64,000 nt of DNA from Chara braunii (taxonomy: Eukaryota; Plantae; Charophyceae): assembly GCA_003427395.1 (NCBI GenBank), contig BFEA01000019.1, forward strand, positions 3,340,865-3,404,864, written 5' to 3'. Positions 1 through 10,855 of this stretch are shown one piece after another. Every line of letters starts with the position of its first letter. The stretch's first letter is position 1. The notes below the pieces were generated by a model. That model saw only the letters and a program-made list of their open reading frames with translations. It was not told the origin of the DNA and made no database searches. Made by a program: the position numbers and the translations under genes.

Positions 1-72
1 TTAATTAAAATACTCAGTACCTTTGTTAAATGACCATTCAATAAAAGTCCGGGTGAAACCTTAATGAAACAG

Positions 73-401
73 CGAAATCACCAGGGCTTAAGCCTTTTAG
101 GTTGAGTGTGGAGGGTGAGTTGAACTTGAGTCGTAGACCGACGAATCGGCAACCGACCTGTTATCAGTGATAACAGAAAGTGATCCTCAAGGGATCAAGC
201 TAAATCAAGCCCTGAACTTGGATCAAATGATCAAAAAGACCTGTAACACACATCAGACCAATCCCCAAACTAAGATCATAAGTGTATGGAGAATACAACT
301 CCATAATACATCTTCACTCAAAATCTCCCTAAGCCATGAATAGGGGAGATTCAACCCACCCTCCACACTCAACCTAAAAGGCTTTAGCCCTGGTGATTTC
401 G
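73..401. repeat. 52-bp inverted repeat pair (73-124 / 350-401), with an overlapping 15-bp pair (338-352 / 446-460)
   Basis: CGAAATCACCAGGGCTTAAGCCTTTTAGGTTGAGTGTGGAGGGTGAGTTGAA at 73-124; its reverse complement, with 2 mismatches, lies at 350-401. GAATAGGGGAGATTC at 338 pairs with GAATCTCCCCTATTC at 446. Confidence 0.85.
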
Positions 402-509
402 ATGCTCTCTAAGCCAGTGCTCAAGCCAAAGGTAGACCAACTGCAGAATCTCCCCTATTCTGGGTGGATCGCCTGAATCACCACCTGTCAAAATATAATC
501 TATCTTCTC

Positions 510-1075
510 TAAACTAAGAAAATTTCGGCAGCGCTTCCCGTAGGAAAGGTGTCTTTTCAGAATTTATATAAACCAAAATATGAGAGCAGAAATAATCTCT
601 AACTCATGGAAAGTCAAATTTTGTCTAACTCCCTGATTTCGTAAAAATTTGGGCAGCACTCCCTTTACAAAGGGAGACTTCCCAGATTTATACTAAGTCA
701 GATTTGAACTCACAAGACAACTTGAGTTCAATTTAGACAATATTTAACTAACTCATCAGTTTTGCAGAAATTTCGGCAGCACTCCCTCTAGAAAAGTGCT
801 TTCCCAAAATTTATACAAAGCGAGGTTCAGAATTTGAGAATAACTTTGACTTCTCAAAGTCCAATTTTGTCTAACTCCCTGAATTAGTAAAAATTTGGGC
901 AACACTCCCTTTAGAAAATGAGACTTTCCAGATTCCTACTAAACTAGATATATGGAAAAGACAAGTTGAACTCCGACAAGTCAAAAGTTGACTAACTCCT
1001 TGGATTTGTAGAAATTTCGGCAGCGCTTCCCGTAGGAAAAGTGGCTTGCCAAGATTTATACAAAGCCAAATATAA
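510..1075. repeat. ~123-bp tandem repeat, about 5 degenerate units
   Basis: AAATTT(C/G)GGCA(G/A)C(G/A)CT(T/C)CC recurs at ~520, 645, 768, 891 and 1012, each followed by similar ..ATTTATA.. and AACTCC segments. Confidence 0.8.
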
Positions 1076-1359
1076 GAAAATATCTCAGAAAATGCAGGAA
1101 TTGACCTCAGTGAAAAAAAGTTATTACAGAAAATGCAGAAATTGATACTAACTCCTATGGCTCTAGCACGTGGCGAGCAACTAAAGCAGCTACCTATAAT
1201 ACTGAAACCCAAACAAACTAACCATCCCATCCAGTCACATGCAAATCAAACCATGAATATAAGTACTCTCACCATCTCAAGTTCATTCCATATAGATAAT
1301 TCATTAATCCTTAAGTTCTTGAATCCTTATACCCATCTTACATAAGACATAAAGTTGAA

Positions 1360-2163
1360 CCATTCGCCATGGAAACAATGTCCAGCTTGTCTTTATGATA
1401 TACACGAACAGGTTGCACAACTACTTCTCTCTTCTTTTGGGCGGATGACCACGCCATTCGCCATGGAAACAATGCCTAGTCGCGCTGAGCTGTTTAATAT
1501 CCAAAATTTTAATATTTCTCTGACTTCGTTTTCAAAAGAAAAGACAAATATGGGCAAGGGACTGAACCATTCACAGTAGAAACAATGTTCAGCTTGCCCA
1601 GACTATTTCCATTTATACTTTGTATTTTTCATTTTCTCTTCTTAATGATATGGATTAACGTTGGACCATTCACATTACAAACAATGCCCAGCTGCCAGTT
1701 CACATGCAAATATATATAAAGTACTTTCCTTTATACTCAGTTTAATCATGTGCGTGGTTTTCAGGCTAAACCATTCACCATGGAAACAATGCTTAACCTT
1801 AGACCAAAAATCCTCCCTCGAAATAAACAAAAATTTAAACCCCTTCAATCAGACAAACCCTCAGAGTTAAGTAGAGTAAACAGGTCATTCACAGTGGAAA
1901 CAATGCCNNNNNNNNNNNNNNNNNNNNNNNNNNNNNNNNNNNNNNNNNNNNNNNNNNNNNNNNNNNNNNNNNNNNNNNNNNNNNNNNNNNNNNNNNNNNN
2001 NNNNNNNNNNNNNNNNNNNNNNNNNNNNNNNNNNNNNNNNNNNNNNNNNNNNNNNNNNNNNNNNNNNNNNNNNNNNNNNNNNNNNNNNNNNNNNNNNNNN
2101 NNNNNNNNNNNNNNNNNNNNNNNNNNNNNNNNNNNNNNNNNNNNNNNNNNNNNAGAAACAATG
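1360..2163. repeat. Array of 21-bp conserved repeats separated by unrelated 73-93 bp spacers
   Basis: A CCATTCRCCATGGAAACAATG-like unit at 1360, 1454, 1567, 1666, 1771 and 1885, plus a partial copy (AGAAACAATG) at 2154 after the N gap. Confidence 0.8.
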
Positions 2164-2829
2164 CTCAGGCTTTGGTTGACCCTTCCAAACGCATGCAAAA
2201 CTGCCTTCCTCCCACCTTCCCCCAGTTTATCCCTTTGTCTGCTTTCAGTCAGAATAAAGAAGGAACTTGAACTTCACTCTCACACATTCTTTCCTTTTAG
2301 TCTGATTATGTCTTGAAGAGAAAGTAAAAAGCATAGGGACAACACATGCATACCACAATCATACTCCAGTGAGATAGACAAACATGGGTAGTAGTGGGTA
2401 ATACAGATAAAGATGATTTACTTGAAGGTTCCCTGCATCCAGAACTCCTCCTGAGTTTCGACAGAGCTCCCGCCATCGGTGGGTGGACTCCCCACAGAGT
2501 CTTGACGCGGGCCTACGGGTTGCAATCCCGCCTGCCGCCTTCCTCTTAGAACCGATAGACTAGACTTAGAAGAAGAAGGACAGATGAAGATGGTTATGAG
2601 ACTCTAAGATCCAAGAAAGGTGCGCTCAGACTCGCGTGAGAGGGCCTCGTTACCTTCACTCACCTGAGGGCCCCGCAATGGCGGCCAACTGATAGCTTGA
2701 TCAACGAAGTCAAACTGACGAAGTAACCCCTCCTGACGACCTCCCAATTCGCAACACTAACCCGCCCTATTAGTTCAGTCTGATCTCCTCCTCGTCTCAA
2801 CACCTCCTCCTCAATTTTTAACCCCAACC

Positions 2830-3470
2830 ACCCAGCAGCTGGTAACAACCCCTTAATGGCTCGCAGCAATATGCAGTACCCCGCAACAGCAGCCCGTGGG
2901 CAGCAGCAGTGCACAACGGCACGCCGTAAATCGCCTGTGCACCGCTCGTAGCAGCCAACGACAATAGCAGTTGTACACAGCGGCGGTCAACAGAAATAGA
3001 AGTAGTCTACAGTAGCCATCGTTCGCACACAGTCCACTGGCGCAGCAGTAGTACCCGACGGAAGTCAAGTAGTAATAGTAGCGGCTCCTCCTAGCTGCAG
3101 TTTTTAGTTGCCGTGGTCTTCAGTGGTTGCTCGCAGCTACGGTAACATATGCTAGCAGTAGCCAAATAGTTCACAACGGTCAAACAACAGCATGCAGCAG
3201 AAGCGGTCAGTAGAAACAGCAGCAGTCTGTGCCCAGCCTTCAGCAGCAGCACACAATAGTAGCTTACACACTATCAACCAACAACCGCAGAATGTGTGCA
3301 GTAGGCAGCTGCAATCTGAGCCCTGCCAACAGGTCCTCCAAGCAGCAGTTCATACCACGGTACATCACGGAAGTCTGGCCGTTGTTGTCCATCAGTGCAC
3401 AATAAGCCCCCAATTTGGCAACTGAGATACAGCAGCAGCCGCACTGCATGGGCTATGCCCGACTCTGCTG
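2830..3470. repeat. CAG/GCA-rich low-complexity tract
   Basis: Dense CAGCAGC and GCAGTAG triplets; the ORFs here show only compositional bias. Confidence 0.5.
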
Positions 3471-5338
3471 CATGCTCCAAGCGGGTGAGCCGCCCGGGTG
3501 GCTCACGATTAGGCCGTCACGACTCGAAACTCCTTCGGAAAAGTTGAGGCCCCTCGGGTGACACACCCGCAGACAACCCCACCACTATCTTTGGCGGTGA
3601 ACGGCATGCCCCCGCTCACCTTTTGCCGCAGACTACCCGCTCCCTCTCTCTCTCTCTTGCTCCCGTATCTACCACTCCACTTCCTGAAGCCCAGTCCTGA
3701 GCTCGAGGCCCCCGGTCAATACTACGGCCAAGCGCATCCAGATCACGTCAAGCAGGGTCATGCGCGTGCGCCCGAAGATGCCAGCTTACCGCTTTAATGA
3801 GAGAACTAACTGCGCCAATCTCCCCTGCGTCTCCTTCGTTACCCGGTAAGTGCCTTCCCATCACGACTTCTTTCCCCCTTGGCCTTCAATCGACACCTGG
3901 TCCCACTTCGCGCCCGATTCCTATCCGTTGCCAAAGTTATCGTGACACGGACGACACTCCTCAGAAGCGGCCCTGATTACAAGTTAATCACGACGAGGGG
4001 AAAGACAAGCACGAGCCAGGAGATGAATCTGCGAGCTGCACGTCACCAAAACTGGATCAAAGTATACGGCCACGGCCCCGCTCCACTACTCCCGAAACGT
4101 GCGAGGTGATAGCGAATCCCTCTCCGGAACGTGGGGGGATACACCGCCCCTTCATTCACACGCACGGACTCAGATAGCTAGCTGGTAGCTTCCTCCGTCG
4201 GTATGGTAAGAAACGTACCGGCCCAGTAGGTAAGTCTCCAGCTCTGCAGCTGGCCTCTGTCACTTCCCTCTCTCTCGTACACCCTCGCACCTACCTCAAT
4301 GTCATGTCCGTTCAGAAAAAATGCAAAACCTGAGCGTGAACCTTCCGCCAAAAACTGGGAAGATTCATCGTTATTTCCATAGTCGCTTTCACCTCGCGCC
4401 TGGCCCGTTCTGCACAGCGCATCCCCTACCACTAAGCCTGGCCAGCCCAGTGCTCGAATGCAAGATCTGATGTTACTATCAGACTCGCCATACCTCCAAA
4501 CCCCGAATTTGAATCTTCGTTCGCCCGTTTTCACTAAGAAACGGGCGAAATATGATTTACTTCCTCACCATTTCTACCACTCTCCCGTCACTCTTCTCCA
4601 TACCCTGCATATCAACCTTTCCTTCTCCTCATATTCTACCAATCTACCACTAAAACTAACATCACTAACGCATTCGCCCTACTCTAAAACCCCCGAATCG
4701 AATTCTCCCTCGCTCGTTTTCACTCAGAAGCGAGCAAGATACTCGTCTTTCCTCGTTTTCCTTTTTCACTCCTCGGCATAGCCCGCGCGCTCATTTTCTG
4801 TCCTATCTCCCATTCCACTAATCCCTTGCCAAATCTAGCTCCACCACTACTCTCGCCCGATACCAAACCCCCAACTCCAAGTGTTCTCCTACCTAGTTCC
4901 GCGAAGGAACGGGAGAACAAGCTCTTCCTCCCCCTCGCTCCTTCATTGCTCCGCCATGCCCGATTCCCTTCTCACTGCGCATGTACTTGGCGCAAATTTG
5001 TGTCTAGGTCCATCCCCCCCTTCTTCGTCACTCCTTTCGGTCTGTAATAAGGATAGCGCATCAGCCCGCGGAGCATACATGCAGGCAAACCAATGAAGTC
5101 GAGCAACAAAAAAGGGAAAAGACTGTCGGGGAGGAGTTTTTGCTCACACTCTATACGTGCCATTTTTGCGCAGAGCCGCGCCGATCCCCTCGGCATCATC
5201 CCAGCCTCAACAGATGTCCCGAGGGACCCAAGCCTTGGCAGCGCCGCCCCCCCCGACTTCTCATGATCTGTCCGACCACAGTGCCGCCTTGTCTTAGTGC
5301 ACGCACCTGGCCTTCGTTCTGGGACTTATGGGCACCAG

Positions 5339-5403
5339 CCTTGCGCAGGGGCCATGCTAATCTTCTTTGTATCGTTCCAATTTTAACGGATGTCCCGAAG
5401 GAC
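5339..5403 (-). pseudogene. U6: U6 snRNA 5' fragment (~65 nt)
   Basis: The minus strand reads GTCCTTCGGGACATCCGTTAAAATTGGAACGATACAAAGAAGATTAGCATGGCCCCTGCGCAAGG, the plant-type U6 5' two-thirds. The ACAGAGA box is mutated to ACAAAGA and the 3' end is missing. Confidence 0.92.
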
Positions 5404-5439
5404 TTTGCACCCTCCAGCGCCCGCCCGACAGCCAGCCGA

Positions 5440-5551
5440 CCTGAGGGCCCTTCGGATGGAACCAGGTACTAGAAGGTTCGATTAGTCTTTGCCCCTATAC
5501 CCAAAGTCCGACGAATGATTTGCACGTCAGTATCGCTGCGAGCCTCCACCA
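5440..5551 (-). pseudogene. Cytoplasmic large-subunit (25S/28S) rRNA fragment (~110 nt)
   Basis: The minus strand reads TGGTGGAGGCTCGCAGCGATACTGACGTGCAAATCATTCGTCGGACTTTGGGTATAGGGGCAAAGACTAATCGAACCTTCTAGTACCTGGTTCCATCCGAAGGGCCCTCAGG, matching the conserved LSU stretch ..GACGTGCAAATCG..GGGTATAGGGGCGAAAGACTAATCGAACC..TAGTAGCTGGTTCC... It is an isolated fragment, not an rDNA unit. Confidence 0.9.
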
Positions 5552-5640
5552 AAATGCCCCGAGGCCCTAGCCGGGGCAATGCCCCGTAGCTCTACCAACG
5601 GGCGTTCACCCTTTTTTTTCTTCGGCATCCCGTACACGTA

Positions 5641-5716
5641 CCCGGCCCGGATTCGTACCGGATTCGCCTTGGTCTGCGCTTCAGCGGTTCAGGGGCGTAC
5701 TCACTAAGCTAGGCTC
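5641..5716 (-). pseudogene. Degenerate tRNA-like segment
   Basis: A-box-like TAGCTTAGTG and T-arm/B-box-like CCGGTACGAATCCGG at tRNA-like spacing on the minus strand; no full cloverleaf. Confidence 0.35.
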
Positions 5717-6067
5717 TTGGGTGCCTTCTATACCCACAGCACCGCGCTTAAGCAAAACAACGTCGGGCGCGGCTCCAGCGTAGTTTCAAAACCAGTTTGC
5801 AATTGCACTTCAGGCGCCCCGCAAATACAACACACTCCACCCGACCCTACTGCTGTCTCACGTCCCCGAACAGGATGCGATAAAGAGAAACCGACAAGGG
5901 AAAAATAAGATAAAAATAAACCTAGTATTACCGGGGGACAGCGGGGCTGTTGGCACGTCATCGGTGCCGCAGGTCGGACCCATTGCCGCGCTTACCAAAA
6001 AAAAAAACAGAGGGGGATAGCCCTCGACCCCTCGGCTTCCTTCGCGTCACTCCGCTTCTTCCGCGTT

Positions 6068-6140
6068 GATGCCCGCCGGCCTCGATCCCCGTACCGTCGC
6101 AGTGTCAGTCCAATGTCGTAACCCATAGGGCTAAGCCCAA
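6068..6140 (-). pseudogene. Degenerate tRNA-like segment (Val-like loop CTGACAC)
   Basis: The minus strand has a D-loop-like TAGCCCTATGGGTTACGACA, a 7-nt loop CTGACAC and a T-arm-like CGGGGATCGAGGCCGG; stems are poorly paired. Confidence 0.3.
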
Positions 6141-6660
6141 GCCTGGCACCAACAGGCACATACCTCCTAATAAAGAGGTAGTCCCTGGCTCTTAGGGCCA
6201 AGGAACCGCCCTGGGCCGCTTCTCGGCCTGCGCCTGTACGCATGGCCGCCGAAAGAAAACTCGCGCCGGCCCACCGGCCGTGCCGCGGCTACCCCTATTT
6301 GGCCGTATCCATCACTGTCGATGCCGTCGCCCTCGCACACGCGCTCACCTCGGTCAGACATACCAATCAACAGAAAATATCTCAAATCCCTCCTTGATCA
6401 AAAATAAAAATAAATATTAATAATATTATTAACCAACGACCGATGTCCGCGCCAACTTTATGATAAAAAACAAAACAAAATCACGAGCACCCTAAACCTG
6501 CGCGCCCACGCACTCTTTACTCTAGTCGACCAACCAGTCAACGTGAAAATTACAGACGCGGCTGCGCCTAGCGCAGTATACTTAAACTTTAAACCAAAAC
6601 TATTTTTTACCATTTGCATAAAACAGGGCGGATACCCTTGTAAGGGTATTCGCGCTGACA

Positions 6661-7491
6661 CCGGCGACCCCTCGAATCACATATAAACCCCAGAATCTTA
6701 ATTATCGACACGGCCCACCGGCTCTTCGTCCCGCTAACCGTCAGGTTAGCTTCATCTAACTGTTCCAAGACAGCGTAAATGTCTGTCAGGTGTTGCTCTA
6801 CGAACCTCCTGACGACAGGAGCGACTTCCGTTTCGTCTTTCAGTACCGGTCCTTTTATCGGAAAGTCGTCCAAGAAAACCTCAACTTTATCAGGGATAAA
6901 GTCCTTCAGAACAACTATTATGGCTATCTGAAAGACCGCTACCCCGTTGGTCCATCCCATAGGTACGACCATCATCTGCACTAATCCGAGTGACGTGTGC
7001 ATGGCGGTAAGATGCCTATCTCTCAGGTTTAGGGGTATCTCATCGTACCCTGAAAATAAATCGCAGACAGAATAAATAGATCTGCTTGCCGTCCCTTCCG
7101 CCAATAAATCCGCGTGCGGTATGAAGCCTACATCTCGAATCGTCACCGCATTGACCTTCTGGAGGTCTTGAATCCACTGAATCCTTCCATTAGGCTTCCT
7201 TAAGAAGAACCACCTATTCGCGTACGCACTATCAGATGGCTCTGCCACGTGTGACGCCATCTTCTCCTTGAGAAAGGAAATGACTTCCTCCTTCTCTTTC
7301 TGAGCAAACTTCCACCCAACGTCATTCCAGGGCGTATGCGGAATCGTGTAGATCCTAGCAGGCTTAGCATACCTAGGATCAATTCTTCCTCTTTTTGCGT
7401 CACTGAAGGCTATAGCTTTGTCACAGGTCTTAAGAACTTCCAGCACGCATGCCTTCTCTTGTTCAGTCAAGTTTCCATCTCCTATGTCCAT
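6661..7491 (-). pseudogene. pol: Ty3/Gypsy reverse transcriptase, truncated by the insertion at 6660
   Basis: Motifs PHTPW, EPSDSAYANRWFFLRKPNG, QDLQKVN, CDLFSGYDEI, VPMGWTNG, VFLDDF and ILGF. No RNase H or integrase remains to the left. Confidence 0.92.
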
Positions 7492-7787
7492 CTCCGCTAT
7501 CCTCTTTTCTGTCAGCCTTTGCGGCTCCTTTTTCTTCTTCTCTTTAATCTCGCTAGCGATATCTTCCTCTGATACACCATCTAGTGCGGACCGCTCTCGA
7601 GCTACAGCTGCCGGCTTGACTTTCTGAGCTACTGTCTTGTGTCTTTTTGGTCGCCCCCCGTAAGGGGCTGTGCCTTTAAAAAAGACACAGATATCATTCC
7701 TCCGAATTCCTTATCTTCCGCCTTAGGGTAAGAGCTTCCTCCGACACGGACACGGCTGCCTAAGTCTTCAATCTCTACTATAAGACC

Positions 7788-8462
7788 TTATTCCTCTGTA
7801 AGTAGTGACCCATATTTCTTTTTGCGAAAGCTCAAGGTGCGACCCGCAAGGGTGACCAATTTTTCCGCTGCTAGAATTTCTCTATTCCTCGGATCACGAG
7901 GCTCTACCGTCTCCATCATAATTCGCCCACCATCTGAACGCTTGATGGAAAGTATCTGGCTTCCATCCGGGCGCTCGATAGTGACAGCATGAACATGGCT
8001 CAACCATGTCCGTCCCAGTAGCAGCTCTGAGCTGCAGTCCCGGACTGCAAAAACAGGCATCATGACCCTCAACCCTTCGACCTCGATTGCTGCCTTGTGA
8101 CAAACTCCGGCGACCTTCTGCTTCCTTCCATCAACGGTCTTTATCTCGAATTGGTATGATTTATCAAGGTCTAACCCCAATCGCACGACCAGGTCCTCAT
8201 CTATAATGACAGCCTCGCTGCCATTATCGATTACAGCATGAAGGACTACCTCGTCATTGAGAGTAGTCTGTACTGTCCCACTGCCTAGGATATAGAACTT
8301 GTCAGGAGGCACACCCTCCATCCCATCTAAAAACACCGTTGCTGCGCAGTCCGCCTTAGCGACCACGCTCGATACCGCTACAGAAGGTAGTACCTTCTGT
8401 TTGGTAGCCATCTGGACTTCATCGCTCAGGGGAATGCGCGTCTTGCACGTGATCATCTGCAA
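7788..8462 (-). pseudogene. Retrotransposon aspartic protease
   Basis: AVIDNGSEAVII (D-x-G catalytic motif) and ELLLGRTWL; lies between gag and RT, with frameshifts on both sides. Confidence 0.85.
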
Positions 8463-8468
8463 CTCATC

Positions 8469-9842
8469 TCACGCAGGTCTTGAGGCTGCCAAATACTCTA
8501 GTATCGTACATTGCATCGGTTGCCTAAGCGCGCGTCTGAGAGGCTCGACTGTATCTATATCATCCAAAGTGTTCTTCATCGTAAACTTTTTGGCTCCGCG
8601 TTTACGTGGTGAGAGTCTAACTTCTTCACCTTCAACCCTTTGGACTGCGCGGATACTGGTCGGATCTGTCTCCTTGACTATAGGAGTTTCCTCCTCGATA
8701 CCCGTCACGCCGGCGGTCTCTGTCTATATCATCATCCCTGCGCCACCGGTCATCCTCCTCCCTACGTCTCTGATCCTCTTCATCTCTACGTCTCTGATCC
8801 TCTTCATCCCTACGTCTCCAATCCTCTTCATCTCTTCGTCTTCTATCATCTTCCTCTCTCTCCCTCGCATGATAATCAGCCAATGTGCGAGGGTTCCGAT
8901 CCTCGACGCTTCTCCACGGGTCGGTGTTCCGACGATCCCACTGCAGAGAATAGGGAGACCCGGGTTTATCCCGGTACGTAGTTGAGACCTTCGTTTCGAA
9001 ATTTGCCATTTGTCTGGCCATTCCCTTCATCATGTCTCTCATCTCCTCTATTACTGCGTCATTATCCCCTGACCGTTGGGGTTTGTCTCTGTCCATCAAA
9101 TAACGTCGTTCTGCCCAAGGTTTATCGTTGAAATCTGGGCACCTATCAGTTTCGTACACTTGACGTCTTCTAACTTAAAAAACTCATAAAGATTGGCTTT
9201 GTACGTTGCCCACCTCTTATCCTTTGGTCGGGCTTCCTTTATAACTCGACTCAGACTCGGGTCTGTGTTGAATAAGAAGTTGTCCATAATTTCTCCCTCA
9301 GTCCACTGACTTCGGTAGGCATGCAACTCCCACTTCTCCAGATATTCAGTAATACTGCATCCCAGGACGGGAGGCCTGGTATCTAATTCTGAAGGTTGAT
9401 GCGAGATGATGAACCCATCTCTCGTCTCGTATGGCAAGGGATGTGATTCCCCCGTCTCAGGGTCAAAAATCCGTCTGGCCATGACAGATCGTTCCCTATC
9501 TCTCCAAAGTTGGTCTCTAATAAACTGGTCTCTCCAGTCTTCTCCTGGACCTGTTCTATCATCTCTGCGCTCATACATAGATGGGCGCTGAATAACTGAT
9601 TCACGCCGAAAACTCTGAGGTTCGGTCTGAATCTTCGGTCGTTCTACTGGAGCAGCCCTGTTGAGCTCGGTAACGACAGGAGGCGCCTTCACCTCCAGCT
9701 CGCCGTCGTCCGGCTGCTCTACGGACCTCAAAGGGGCGTTCTGTCGGAGACGCTCTTTGAGATCTCGTAGAGCGCGGTCTGGTGATGCTTGATATACAGC
9801 TTGCTACTCGTCCGGATGCGGTCCCATCGTGTCAGATTCCAT
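8469..9842 (-). pseudogene. gag: Gag-like protein, disrupted by stops and frameshifts
   Basis: The ATG at 9842 is in frame with ORF 9096-9731, with a TAG at 9804-9806. The segment ITEYLEKWE..WATYKANLYEFFKLED resembles a retrotransposon capsid. It continues through 8632-9159 (24-bp RRRDEED repeats at ~8750-8850) into the protease. Confidence 0.7.
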
Positions 9843-9900
9843 ATACTTGTTTTCTCTCCTGGTTGAATTTGTAAGCAGCTCAGGCCTGATTGTTTAACCA

Positions 9901-9992
9901 GCAGCCTGGACTTGATGTCAGAACTAGCATCCCGGACCTAATGTCAGAACTGGCAGCCCGAACCTAATGTCAGAACTGGCAGCCCGGACCTA
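9901..9992. repeat. 26-bp tandem repeat (~3.5 copies) just upstream of gag
   Basis: GCAGCCCGGACCTAATGTCAGAACTG repeated. Confidence 0.85.
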
Positions 9993-10005
9993 TGAAAGAA
10001 CTCAA

Positions 10006-10705
10006 TCACTCGTCTGCGACCGCTCTCAAAATCGTAATAAGTCTCTCAGCCTCGTCTCGTATTTCGTGCTCACCCTCGATGCCTAAGATTCCCGAATCAA
10101 AATAAAGTTCCCCTTCTTGCCCTTCTATCCAACGAACTCCTCTCCTTATCTCTAGCACTCCTGTCTCTAGTATCCTTACCCTCCTACAAATTCCAGTCGC
10201 GAACCCTCTCAACTCCTCTCGAGTGCAAGATCTCAAGTACTCCCGTATATCCACCAACGCTCTTTGCGCTAGACCTCTCAACCCTTGATGCACAATGCGA
10301 GCTCCTGCCTGCGGGTAATCACCCCCTATGGCCATCAAACTTAAAGTATCGAAGCGCTAGACCAACCACTGCCTCATTGCTCCTCCCCTGAATCACCTGA
10401 CATGGTACAGGAGGGTTGGGCAACCCCTGAAAGAGCGTTATCTGGGTATCCCAGATTACTTCCTTACCTAGTGCTTGGAACTTATCCCGCTCACTCTCAA
10501 CCACTTCTACCGCACGCTCCCAGCACCGACGGTATATCAAATTGCTCTCTCGCTCCACTGGGAGGTAAATCCTAACATCATACACCTCAATGGGGACGAA
10601 CCGGACTGTGATAATGTACAGGCGTATCTTCTCCCAACCGCTGTCCACTAACTCATATGTCACTACTTCGTACGAAATCACTTCTCTTCGCCCCAAGGAA
10701 CTCAA
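10006..10705 (-). pseudogene. Unknown accessory ORF(s) of the Gypsy element (probably one frameshifted gene)
   Basis: Overlapping ORFs 10319-10705 and 10006-10338 have globular-looking composition and are co-oriented with gag. Confidence 0.4.
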
Positions 10706-10855
10706 TCGCTTGCAGACTCCCGCTAGCTCCTTGTCCGAAGGTCTGTCGCTCGCAAGAAACCTCTCTCCTAGCCTCTAGCTCTCGCTCAGAGACAACCCTT
10801 CCTTCTCTCATTCCTATGGCCTACCTTGAGCACTCCATGCCCACCAAGGCTAAGG

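Larger units (their letters stand above)
5124..6660. mobile_element. LTR-like segment of an element nested in the RT gene of the Gypsy element (left boundary and orientation uncertain)
   Basis: RT homology stops abruptly at ...CGCGCTGACA (6660), an integrase-type TG..CA end. The last 30 bp match 29588-29617 at 25/30. A candidate left end TGTCG at 5124 follows a purine tract (AAAAAAGGGAAAAGAC). No TSD found. Confidence 0.5.

Noticed and set aside
1360-2163. Bona fide CRISPR array
   Set aside because: Eukaryotic TE context, no cas genes, degenerate repeats, and spacers too long and variable; kept only as an unusual repeat.
5339-5551. Functional U6 gene or rDNA locus
   Set aside because: Both are short fragments. 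U6 lacks its 3' end and has a mutated ACAGAGA box, and no further rDNA flanks the 25S piece.
5921-5956. SSU rRNA 530-loop-like (GTATTACCG..GCTGTTGGCAC) or 5S-like (CCTAGTATTAC) fragment
   Set aside because: Matches are only 9-11 nt and need gaps; cannot be told from chance without a search.
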